Positions 1 to 8,217 of a DNA stretch of 44,009 nucleotides are shown piece by piece. Made by a program: the position numbers and the translations under genes. Each line of letters begins with the position of its first letter. Position 1 is the stretch's first letter. The notes under the pieces were generated by a model, which had not been told where the DNA came from, ran no database searches, and saw only the letters and a program-made list of their open reading frames with translations. The stretch lies in sequence record SRR20825010_1978; one strand, 5' to 3'.

Positions 1-35
1 CAGGCCGGTATTCTAACCAACTGAACTACCGCTCC
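1..35 (-). tRNA. tRNA-Asp, 5' half (cut by window edge at the anticodon)
   Basis: Reverse complement GGAGCGGTAGTTCAGTTGGTTAGAATACCGGCCTG is the typical 5' end and D-arm of bacterial tRNA-Asp(GTC). Only the first anticodon base is in the window. Confidence 0.85.
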
Positions 36-70
36 ACTTATCCCTTACGGAATTCTTTCACTTACAAAAT

Positions 71-146
71 TGGTGGGTGATGACGGGATCGAACCGCCGA
101 CCCTCTGCTTGTAAGGCAGATGCTCTCCCAGCTGAGCTAATCACCC
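71..146 (-). tRNA. tRNA-Val(TAC)
   Basis: Reverse complement GGGTGATTAGCTCAGCTGGGAGAGCATCTGCCTTACAAGCAGAGGGTCGGCGGTTCGATCCCGTCATCACCCACCA is a 76-nt cloverleaf with TAC anticodon, GTTCGA T-loop and encoded CCA. Confidence 0.97.
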
Positions 147-164
147 TTGTTCGCGCTGCGAAGT

Positions 165-199
165 GGGCGCCATTTTAGGGATTGGGCCGGGGGTGTCAA
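165..199 (-). promoter_or_regulatory. sigma70 stable-RNA promoter of the tRNA-Val/Asp operon
   Basis: Minus strand reads TTGACA (199-194), 16 bp, TAAAAT (177-172), then the GC-rich discriminator GGCGCCC. Confidence 0.8.
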
Positions 200-319
200 C
201 GGCTTTTTTTCAGAAAGACGTTCGTTTGCCTAGAAAATGGACGATAAGCCTAAAACTTGGGCAAAACGAACACAAAACCATCGAAAACAGCCCCTTTTCC
301 AGAACCATACCGGGGCAAC

Positions 320-508
320 CTAGCCCGCCTCCAATGCCTCAATACGGGCTTTTGCCTCTTCCAGGCTGAATTTACCCGGTAATGACTGCCCGTTCGGCTT
401 GGCAATCAGGTAATGATGCACATCCAGCGCCCAAGTCTGCCGATTCAGCTCTCCCTCCTCGATGATGGAGTAACCACTTTCCCCCCACGCTATCGCATTA
501 CCAATCAT
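320..508 (-). CDS. small hypothetical protein (62 aa), translationally coupled to atuR
   Basis: Its ATG overlaps the atuR stop (ATGA at 505-508). The composition is protein-like. Confidence 0.65.
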   Translation of the reverse strand: MIGNAIAWGESGYSIIEEGELNRQTWALDVHHYLIAKPNGQSLPGKFSLEEAKARIEALEAG

Positions 509-1101
509 GATGCGGACTCACCAATCACCCGGGCCAACATGATATCGGCCAGATCATCCAGACTCAGCGGCCCTTCGCGATCAAACCAGTTCGGCGCCCA
601 GCCGGTCATTCCCGTCAGCAGGCGACGCATAATGAAGGGGTCCGTGGTGAAGTCGCCCTGATCGTGCAAATCAGACAATACATCCAGCCACAGCTGCTCA
701 TAAATACCTCGCAATTTGAGTGCTCGGGCCTGCTTGTCTGCGCTCAGGCAACGCCACTCCGTCACCATCACCGTCATCGCTTCGGCGGTATCCCCCACGA
801 TGGACTGCAGCTCCGCCCGAATCAGCGCTCGCAACCTGTCTTTCCCTGAATGGTGGGCAGCGATAGCTTGGCGCAGGCGCTCGGTATTGAAATGAATTAC
901 CTCTTCCATCACCGCATAGAGAATATCCTCCTTGGTTTTGAAATGATGGAAGATGGAGCCGCTCTGAATCCCCACCGATGCCGCAATATCGCGAACCGTG
1001 GTGCGATCGAACCCCTTGTCCCGGAACAGGTGCGCAGCAGCACTGAGCAAGCGCCCGCGGGGAGAATCATCAATTCCGTTAATCGCCAGAGACTCAGCCA
1101 T
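505..1101 (-). CDS. atuR: TetR-family repressor of the atu cluster
   Basis: N-terminal TetR HTH (AAHLFRDKGFDRTTVRDIA...GSIFHHFKTKEDIL). Divergent from atuA, as in Pseudomonas. Confidence 0.88.
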   Translation of the reverse strand: MAESLAINGIDDSPRGRLLSAAAHLFRDKGFDRTTVRDIAASVGIQSGSIFHHFKTKEDILYAVMEEVIHFNTERLRQAIAAHHSGKDRLRALIRAELQSIVGDTAEAMTVMVTEWRCLSADKQARALKLRGIYEQLWLDVLSDLHDQGDFTTDPFIMRRLLTGMTGWAPNWFDREGPLSLDDLADIMLARVIGESAS

Positions 1102-1297
1102 TGGTATCCTCTTTTTTGTGTACCCGCATTATGGCAAGACCGCATCGCGCTGCAAGCCACAACCGGATCGCGCCTTTTCAGGGCGTCATGGGTTGGCACC
1201 GCCCCCGCACATTCCACGCACACGCTCTCTCCAGCACCGGACTCCAGTGCGCACAAGCCCGTATTTTATTTTGCGTGAAACGCAATCGGTTTTGCCC

Positions 1298-1327
1298 TTT
1301 ACAAACCAAGCGCTTGCTTGGTAGCTT
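1298..1327 (+). promoter_or_regulatory. putative atuA promoter with AtuR operator palindrome
   Basis: ACCAAGC-N4-GCTTGGT inverted repeat (1305-1322) lies between TTTACA (1298-1303) and TAGCTT (1322-1327). Confidence 0.6.
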
Positions 1328-1362
1328 ACGAGACCATGAATTCACACGCAAATGGAGCCACC

Positions 1363-3159
1363 ATGTCAGAGCCTGTTCGCATCGGTTGTGCCGCCGGATT
1401 CTGGGGCGATACCAACAGCGCTGCCTTCCAGCTGGTTCACCAGACCGAGCTGGATTATCTGGTGTTCGATTATCTGGCCGAGGTCACCCTGTCGATCATG
1501 GCCGGGGCACGGATGAAAGACCCCAACGCCGGCTATGCCCACGATTTTGTCACCAATGTGATGGCCCCTCTGGCTAAAGACATCAAAGCGAAAAACATCA
1601 AGGTGATCAGTAATGCCGGTGGCGTGAACCCACGCGCCTGTCGTGACGCCCTGGAAAAAGCCTTCGCCGCCGCCGGGGTTGAAATGAAGATCGCCCTGGT
1701 AGAAGGGGATGATCTGAATAGCCGCCGCAACGATTTTGCCCGCGTGACCGAACTGGATAGTGGCGCCCCCCTGCCCCCCATGACCGTTACCATGAATGCC
1801 TATCTGGGCGCTCTGCCTATCAAGGCGGCACTGGATTGCGGGGCCGACATCGTGCTCACCGGCCGCATCGCCGACTCAGCCGTAGTACTGGGTCCGCTGA
1901 TGCACGAATTTGACTGGTCCGCCGATGATTACGACAAGCTGGCCCAGGGTTCACTCGCCGGCCACGTAATTGAATGCGGCGCGCAATGCACCGGCGGTAA
2001 CTTCACCGATTGGCGCGATGTCCCAGACTTCCACAATATGGGTTTCCCGGTGGCTGAATGTCATGCGGATGGCCACTTTGTGATTACCAAGCCTGCCAAT
2101 ACTGGTGGACTGGTCACCTGCGCTACCGTTGGCGAGCAGATTGTTTACGAAATCGGCGATCCACGTGCTTATTTGCTGCCTGACGTGGTTTGCGATTTTA
2201 CCCAGGTGACCCTGGAGCAGGTCGGCGAGCATCGCGTCAGCGTCTCTGGCGCCCGTGGCCTGCCGCCCACCGACAGCTACAAAGTGTCTGCCACCTACCC
2301 GGACGGCAACCGCATTACCGCGTCCTTCTTGATGGGCGGCATAGACGCGCCCGCAAAAGGCCAGGTAGTCGCCGATGCCATTCTGAAAAAGGTAGCCGGC
2401 CTGTTTCAGCAACTGGGTATGGCCCCGTTTCGCGATACCAGTGTGGAAATTCTTGGCAGCGAAAGCACCTATGGCGCCAATGCGCGCCGCGCCGACAGCC
2501 GCGAAGTCGTGGTCAAGATCGCCGCCCTGCACGATGACAAAAAAGCACTGGGCCTGTTTGCCCGGGAAATTGCCCAGGCTGCCACCGGCATGGCACCCGG
2601 CCTCTCCGGCCTGGTTGGCGGCCGCCCCAAACCCATCCCGCGCATCCGCCTGTTTTCTACCTTGGTAGAAAAAAGTGCGGTCACCGCCACTGTGGATCTG
2701 GACGGCAACACGCACTCCGTCGACATGCCCACCGGCCAGGTCTTTGATGCCGGCGCCCTGCCCCAGGACACGGATTACGGCACCGCTAGCGGCGATACTG
2801 ACACCGACACCACAGTGCCACTGGTCAAACTGGCCTGGGCCCGCAGTGGCGACAAGGGCAACCACGCCAATATTGGCGTCATCGCCCGCAAGGCAGAATA
2901 CCTGCCCTACCTGAATGCAGCGCTGACAGAACAGAGCGTGGCTACTTATATGCAGCACGTGCTGGACCCGAATACTGGCAGCGTTCACCGCTGGTCCATG
3001 CCGGGCATGAATGCCTTCAACTTTCTGCTGAAAAATGCCCTGGGCGGCGGCGGCATCGCCTCTCTACGTATTGACCCGCAAGGCAAAGCCTTTGCCCAGC
3101 AGTTACTGGATATGCCGATCCCCGTCAGCCAGACCATCGCTGACGAAGTAGACAAATAA
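1363..3159 (+). CDS. atuA: acyclic terpene utilisation protein AtuA
   Basis: [12 protein letters not shown]...[27 protein letters not shown] and ARSGDKGN motifs. Start placed at ATG 1363 after GGAG. Confidence 0.93.
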   Translation: MSEPVRIGCAAGFWGDTNSAAFQLVHQTELDYLVFDYLAEVTLSIMAGARMKDPNAGYAHDFVTNVMAPLAKDIKAKNIKVISNAGGVNPRACRDALEKAFAAAGVEMKIALVEGDDLNSRRNDFARVTELDSGAPLPPMTVTMNAYLGALPIKAALDCGADIVLTGRIADSAVVLGPLMHEFDWSADDYDKLAQGSLAGHVIECGAQCTGGNFTDWRDVPDFHNMGFPVAECHADGHFVITKPANTGGLVTCATVGEQIVYEIGDPRAYLLPDVVCDFTQVTLEQVGEHRVSVSGARGLPPTDSYKVSATYPDGNRITASFLMGGIDAPAKGQVVADAILKKVAGLFQQLGMAPFRDTSVEILGSESTYGANARRADSREVVVKIAALHDDKKALGLFAREIAQAATGMAPGLSGLVGGRPKPIPRIRLFSTLVEKSAVTATVDLDGNTHSVDMPTGQVFDAGALPQDTDYGTASGDTDTDTTVPLVKLAWARSGDKGNHANIGVIARKAEYLPYLNAALTEQSVATYMQHVLDPNTGSVHRWSMPGMNAFNFLLKNALGGGGIASLRIDPQGKAFAQQLLDMPIPVSQTIADEVDK

Positions 3160-3170
3160 CGTTGATCTTA

Positions 3171-3199
3171 GCGTGCTGCATGCAACGTGACGCATGCAG
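3171..3199. repeat. 7-nt periodic tract with small hairpin between atuA and atuB
   Basis: GCGTGCT GCATGCA ACGTGAC GCATGCA; CTGCATGC...GCATGCAG inverted repeat. Confidence 0.45.
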
Positions 3200-3227
3200 G
3201 CGCCTTTAGGACTGCAAGGACTAAAAC

Positions 3228-4097
3228 ATGTCATACCGTTCCGTCTTTAAAGAGAACCTGTTCGCCGGCCAGAACATCATTGTCACTGGCGGCGGCTCCG
3301 GCATTGGCCGTTGCACCGCCCACGAACTGGCGGCCCTGGGCGCCCGCGTGGTGCTCATCGGTCGCAAACAGGAAAAACTGGATGCCGTCGCCGCTGAAAT
3401 TGCCGAAGACGGCGGCCAGGCGCTGGGGTTTTCCTGCGATATCCGTGATGAAGAAGCGGTAAAAACCACCGTTGGCGACGTCTACAAAGCGGTCCAGGTC
3501 GTCCACGGTCTGGTCAACAACGCCGGCGGCCAGTTCCCTTCTCCGCTGGCCTTGATCAGCCAGAAAGGCTGGGAAACCGTGGTGCGCACCAACCTGACCG
3601 GGGGCTTTCTGATGGCCCGGGAAGTGTTCCTGCAGGGCATGAACAAAAACGGCGGCGCCATCGTCAACATCGTCGCCGACATGTGGGGCGGCATGCCCGG
3701 CATGGGGCACTCCGGCGCCGCTCGCGCAGGTATGGTCAACTTTACCCAGACCTCAGCCTATGAATGGGGCAGCTGCGGTGTACGCGTCAACGCAGTCGCT
3801 CCGGGCTGGATCATGTCCAGCGGCATGGATACCTACCCCGATGGCTTCAAGCAAACCCTGAAAACCCTGCGCGCGGCCGTACCCCTGCAGCGCATGGGCA
3901 ATGAATCGGAAGTGTCCGGCGCAATCTGTTTCCTGCTCAGCGATGCGTCCGCCTTTATCAGCGGCGACACCCTGCGTATCGACGGTGCCGCCAGTCAGGG
4001 CAATGTGGCGATCTTTCCGCTGCCCTCCCACGACAAGAGCAAGCCGTTCGATGGCTTCCACCGTGCCACCACCCCGGACGTGTTCAAGGATCTCTAA
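3228..4097 (+). CDS. atuB: SDR, citronellol/citronellal dehydrogenase
   Basis: TGGGSGIG Rossmann motif, NNAGGQF, and its position after atuA. Confidence 0.88.
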   Translation: MSYRSVFKENLFAGQNIIVTGGGSGIGRCTAHELAALGARVVLIGRKQEKLDAVAAEIAEDGGQALGFSCDIRDEEAVKTTVGDVYKAVQVVHGLVNNAGGQFPSPLALISQKGWETVVRTNLTGGFLMAREVFLQGMNKNGGAIVNIVADMWGGMPGMGHSGAARAGMVNFTQTSAYEWGSCGVRVNAVAPGWIMSSGMDTYPDGFKQTLKTLRAAVPLQRMGNESEVSGAICFLLSDASAFISGDTLRIDGAASQGNVAIFPLPSHDKSKPFDGFHRATTPDVFKDL

Positions 4098-5707
4098 TGG
4101 CGACTCTCGACAGCGCACTTGACCCCAACAGCGAAGAATACCGCCAGAACCGCGACGCCTTGCTCGCGGCCGTGGAGGAATTCCGTGCCATCGAACAGGC
4201 CGTGGTGGATACCGCGGAAAGCAAACGGGCCAAGTTTGAAAAACGTGGCCAACTGCTTCCCCACGAACGTATCTCCCGGCTGCTGGATGCAGGCTCCCCG
4301 TTTTTAAGTCTGATGAACCTGGCCGGCTACAAGATGCACGACGACAAAGACGGCACCGAAGCCGGCGGCAGCACCATTGCCGGCATTGGCTATGTGTCCG
4401 GTGTCCGCTGCCTGGTCACCGCCTCCAACTCGGCCATCAAGGGCGGCACTATTTCTCCCTCCGGCCTGCACAAGACCCTGCGCCTGCAGCGCATTGCGCT
4501 GGAAAACAAACTGCCGGTGGTCAGCTTGGTGGAATCCGGCGGTGCTAACCTGAACTATGCCGCAGAAGTGTTCGTGGATGGCGCCCGCACCTTTGCCAAC
4601 CAGGCACGCCTGTCCGCCGCAGGCATTCCGCAAATCACCGTGGTTCACGGCAATGCCACCGCCGGCGGTGCCTACCAGCCAGGCCTGTCCGATTACGTGG
4701 TGGTGGTCCGCGAACGTGCCAAGATGTTTCTGGCCGGCCCGCCGCTGCTGAAAGCCGCTACCGGTGAAATTGCCACCGACGAAGAGCTGGGCGGCGCAGA
4801 GATGCATGCCGGCACCGCTGGGACAGCCGAGTACCTGGCGCAGTCCGATGCAGACGGTATCAGCCAGGCTCGAGATCTGGTGAAACTACTGGGCTGGCGC
4901 CGGGCGGCAGCCGAGGCGCCCGAGCATGAAGCACCTAAATTCCCGCCTGAAGAACTGCTTGGCGTGGTGCCTGCCGATGCCAAGAAACCCTACGACGTAC
5001 GCGAAATCATTGCCCGCATCGTCGATGGTTCCGACTTTCTGGATTTCAAAAACGAGTGGGATAGCGCCACCGTCTGCGGCTGGAGCACCATCGAAGGCAA
5101 GCCCGTGGGCATCATTGGTAATAACGGACCGATTACGCCACGCGGCGCCGCCAAGGCAGCCCAGTTTATCCAGCTGTGCGATCAGACCCGCCGCCCCTTA
5201 CTGTTCCTTCACAACACTACCGGCTTCATGGTCGGTACCGATGCGGAACAGAACGGGGTGATCAAAAACGGCTCGAAAATGCTGCAGGCTGTGGCCAACG
5301 CACGGGTGCCGAAAATTTCCGTGCTGGTGGGCGGCTCCTACGGGGCCGGCAATTACGCCATGTGCGGCCGGGGACTGGATCCGCGCTTCATCTTTGCCTG
5401 GCCGAATTCCAAAGTCGCGGTCATGGGTGGCCAACAGGCCGGCATGGTGCTGCGCATTGTGGCCGAGGGCAAACAACGGGCTAACGGTATCGAACCCGAC
5501 CCGAAAGTCCTCGACATGCTGCAACAGACCACCGCCCAGAAACTGGACAGCCAGTCCACTGCGCTCTACGGCACCGCCCGGCTTTGGGACGACGGCATTA
5601 TCGACCCCCGCGACACCCGCCGGGTGGTGGCCTACGCGCTGGATATTTGCGATGACGCAGAACAACGCCAGCTACACCCGAATTCGTTCGGGGTGGCGAG
5701 ACTTTAA
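4097..5707 (+). CDS. atuC: geranyl-CoA carboxylase, carboxyltransferase (beta) subunit
   Basis: Carboxyltransferase motifs (VESGGANL, GFMVG, GGSYGAGNYAMCGR). TAATG overlap with atuB. Confidence 0.9.
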   Translation: MATLDSALDPNSEEYRQNRDALLAAVEEFRAIEQAVVDTAESKRAKFEKRGQLLPHERISRLLDAGSPFLSLMNLAGYKMHDDKDGTEAGGSTIAGIGYVSGVRCLVTASNSAIKGGTISPSGLHKTLRLQRIALENKLPVVSLVESGGANLNYAAEVFVDGARTFANQARLSAAGIPQITVVHGNATAGGAYQPGLSDYVVVVRERAKMFLAGPPLLKAATGEIATDEELGGAEMHAGTAGTAEYLAQSDADGISQARDLVKLLGWRRAAAEAPEHEAPKFPPEELLGVVPADAKKPYDVREIIARIVDGSDFLDFKNEWDSATVCGWSTIEGKPVGIIGNNGPITPRGAAKAAQFIQLCDQTRRPLLFLHNTTGFMVGTDAEQNGVIKNGSKMLQAVANARVPKISVLVGGSYGAGNYAMCGRGLDPRFIFAWPNSKVAVMGGQQAGMVLRIVAEGKQRANGIEPDPKVLDMLQQTTAQKLDSQSTALYGTARLWDDGIIDPRDTRRVVAYALDICDDAEQRQLHPNSFGVARL

Positions 5708-5711
5708 AGGC

Positions 5712-5869
5712 AGTTAAAAGCTGAAAGTTCAAAGTTAAAAAGCGCGAATGATGCAAAGCCAAACGGACAAAGCTCAGCCCGCGCACGAAGACTGAGGCGC
5801 GGCTACCGATGACTTCAGTCAATGGCATGCCCGGCCCGCGTTTCAACTTTGAACTTTAAGCTTTCAACT
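5712..5869. repeat. heptamer-arm inverted-repeat element A1 (158 bp)
   Basis: Left arm AGTTAAA AGCTGAA AGTTCAA AGTTAAA AAGCGCG; right arm CGCG T TTCAACT TTGAACT TTAAGCT TTCAACT. Confidence 0.9.
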
Positions 5870-5908
5870 CAAACAACAGAACATAACGAACACAACAGGG
5901 AGCCTCCC

Positions 5909-7066
5909 ATGCAATTCACTCAGGAACACGAAGAACTTCGCCGTACAGTCCGTAATTTTGTCGACAAGGAACTGAACCCCCATGTCCGCGAATGGGAAGA
6001 TGCCGGACGCTTCCCGATTCACGAAGTGTTCAAGAAAATGGGCGACCTGGGGCTGCTCGGCGTCACCAAACCGGAAGAATTTGGCGGCATGGGCCTGGAC
6101 TATTCCTACGGCATGGTCATGAGCGAAGAAATGGGCCGCGTCCATTGTGGCGGCGTACCGTTGGCCGTTGGGGTACAGACTGACATGGCCACCCCCGCCA
6201 TCGCCCGGTTCGGTTCCGATGAACTGCGCCGTAATTACCTTGCTCCGGCCATTGCTGGCGACATGGTGGCCTCCATTGCCGTCTCCGAGCCCCATGCCGG
6301 TTCCGACGTGGCAGCGGTAAAAACCACCGCGGTGAAAGATGGCGACGACTACGTGATCAACGGTACCAAGATGTGGATCACCAACTCCCCCAGCGCGGAT
6401 TTCTTCTGCCTGCTGGCGAACACCTCCGACGCCAAGCCTCACGTCAACAAATCCCTGATCGTGGTGCCCAAGGATGCCGCTGGAATCACCGTGGACAAGC
6501 CTCTGAACAAGCTGGGCATGCGCTCTTCGGAAACTGCCCAGGTGTTCTTCGATAACGTGCGCGTGCCCCAGCGCAACCTGATCGGTCAGGAAGGCATGGG
6601 CTTCATGATGCAGATGATGCAGTTCCAGGAAGAGCGTCTATTTGCCGCGGCCAATAGTCTCAAGGGCATGGAACATGTCATCGATGAAACCATCGCCTAT
6701 GCCAAAGATCGCAAAATATTCGGCATGTCACTGATCGACAACCAGAGCGTGCATTTCCGTCTGGCCGAACTGCAAACCGAGGTCGAAGCCCTGCGCGCCC
6801 TCACCTACCAGGCCTGCGAAATGTATGTGAATGGCAAGGACGTCCTGCAGCTGGCCTCCATGGCCAAACTGAAAGTGGGCCGCCTGAGCCGTGAAGTCGC
6901 TGACAGCTGCCTGCAGTACTGGGGCGGTAACGGCTTCATGTGGGAAAACCCCGCCGGCCAGCTCTACCGTGATGGCCGCCTGGGTTCCATCGGTGGCGGC
7001 GCCGACGAAGTCATGCTAGGCATTATCTGCAAGACCATGGACATCCTGCCGGGCAAGAAAAAATAA
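5909..7066 (+). CDS. atuD: citronellyl-CoA dehydrogenase (acyl-CoA dehydrogenase)
   Basis: ACAD motifs (SEPHAGSDV, GTKMWITN, IGGGADEVM). Start at MQFTQEHEEL after GGGAG. Confidence 0.9.
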   Translation: MQFTQEHEELRRTVRNFVDKELNPHVREWEDAGRFPIHEVFKKMGDLGLLGVTKPEEFGGMGLDYSYGMVMSEEMGRVHCGGVPLAVGVQTDMATPAIARFGSDELRRNYLAPAIAGDMVASIAVSEPHAGSDVAAVKTTAVKDGDDYVINGTKMWITNSPSADFFCLLANTSDAKPHVNKSLIVVPKDAAGITVDKPLNKLGMRSSETAQVFFDNVRVPQRNLIGQEGMGFMMQMMQFQEERLFAAANSLKGMEHVIDETIAYAKDRKIFGMSLIDNQSVHFRLAELQTEVEALRALTYQACEMYVNGKDVLQLASMAKLKVGRLSREVADSCLQYWGGNGFMWENPAGQLYRDGRLGSIGGGADEVMLGIICKTMDILPGKKK

Positions 7067-7067
7067 C

Positions 7068-7226
7068 AGTTCAAAGTGAAAAGTTGAAAGTTCAAAAGCG
7101 CGGGCCGGCATTGTGCCATAAGCATTACACCCTTCCCGCGCTCAAATGTTGCAACGCGAATCAAGAAAATTTCATCTGACGTCAGAGCCTATTCGTATTT
7201 CAACTTTGAACTTTTAACTTTCAACT
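7068..7226. repeat. heptamer-arm inverted-repeat element A2 (159 bp)
   Basis: Left arm AGTTCAA AGTGAAA AGTTGAA AGTTCAA AAGCGCG; right arm CGTA T TTCAACT TTGAACT TTTAACT TTCAACT. Confidence 0.9.
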
Positions 7227-7248
7227 AGCTTTTCGAACGAGGCGACTT

Positions 7249-8055
7249 ATGAAGCTCCCGACAACCGAAACAATCACCCTTAACCAGGACGGCCCGGTTC
7301 TGCATATCACCTTGAACCGGCCCGAAAGCCGCAATGCCATGAGCCTGACCATGGTGAACGAATTGATGGCGGTGTTTGAAAGCGTGGCCGGCGATACAAC
7401 CATTCGTGCCATCGTTCTGCGCGGCGCCGACGGCCATTTCTGTGCCGGCGGCGACATCAAGGACATGGCCGGAGCGCGACAGCAGGCCGCCGGCGGCGAC
7501 GATAATGCCTTCCAGGCGCTGAACCGTCGTTTCGGGGAAATGATTACCGCTGCCAACCGCCAGCCACAGGTAGTGATCACCGTGCTGGAAGGCGCTGTGT
7601 TGGGGGGCGGGTTCGGCCTGGCGTGTATCTCGGACGTGGCCATCGCCAGCGAAGACGCCACCTTCGGCCTGCCGGAAACCGGGCTGGGAGTCATCCCCGC
7701 ACAAATTGCCCCCTTTGTCGTAGAACGCATCGGCCTGACCCAGGCCCGCCGCCTGGCCTTGACTGGCGTACGTTTCAAAGGAAGTGAAGCCTTGCGGCTG
7801 GGCATCGTGCATGAGGTGGCAAGTGACTCCATGGCGCTGAATGCTGCCCTGGAGAACACCCTGTCGGCCGTTCGCCGCTGTGCGCCACATGCCAATCGCG
7901 TCACCAAAGAGCTGGTATTAAACGTGGGCCACATTCCCATGGGCACCTTGCTGGACCAGGCCGCCACTGACTTCGCCGCTGCGGTCAACAGCGAGGAAGG
8001 ACAGGAAGGCACCATGGCGTTCGTGCAAAAACGCCCGGCGGCCTGGAATCAATAA
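7249..8055 (+). CDS. atuE: isohexenylglutaconyl-CoA hydratase (crotonase family)
   Basis: LNRPESRNAM, FCAGGDI, GGGFGL and FGLPETGLG motifs, and its operon position. Confidence 0.88.
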   Translation: MKLPTTETITLNQDGPVLHITLNRPESRNAMSLTMVNELMAVFESVAGDTTIRAIVLRGADGHFCAGGDIKDMAGARQQAAGGDDNAFQALNRRFGEMITAANRQPQVVITVLEGAVLGGGFGLACISDVAIASEDATFGLPETGLGVIPAQIAPFVVERIGLTQARRLALTGVRFKGSEALRLGIVHEVASDSMALNAALENTLSAVRRCAPHANRVTKELVLNVGHIPMGTLLDQAATDFAAAVNSEEGQEGTMAFVQKRPAAWNQ

Positions 8056-8066
8056 GCACATACGTT

Positions 8067-8141
8067 GCGAGGAACGAGTGACGAGTCGTGAAACCAGGTT
8101 GCCTCGTTTTTGCATTTCGCTACTCGTTACTCGTATCTCGC
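8067..8141. repeat. heptamer-arm inverted-repeat element B (ACGAGTN units, 75 bp)
   Basis: GCGAGGA ACGAGTG ACGAGTC GTGAAA, 21 nt, TTTCGC TACTCGT TACTCGT ATCTCGC. Confidence 0.8.
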
Positions 8142-8217
8142 TCCTGAGCGGTTCGTGTCCTCAAGCACCGCTCCTGAGGGAAAGCATTTTCAACCGGAAC
8201 ACCGGTAAGGAATCACA

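Noticed and set aside
1-320. tRNA-anchored genomic island
   Set aside because: The window lies on the 5' (promoter) side of the tRNAs. No integrase or duplicated tRNA 3' end is seen.
1195-1210. sigma54-like TGGCAC-N5-CCGCA upstream of atuA
   Set aside because: The -12 element is poor, and a sigma70-like promoter with an operator lies closer to the gene.
5822-5908. N-terminal extensions of atuD (and of the thiolase, 15667-15789) in the ORF track
   Set aside because: They translate through the repeat elements. Downstream ATGs have RBSs and match the family N-termini.
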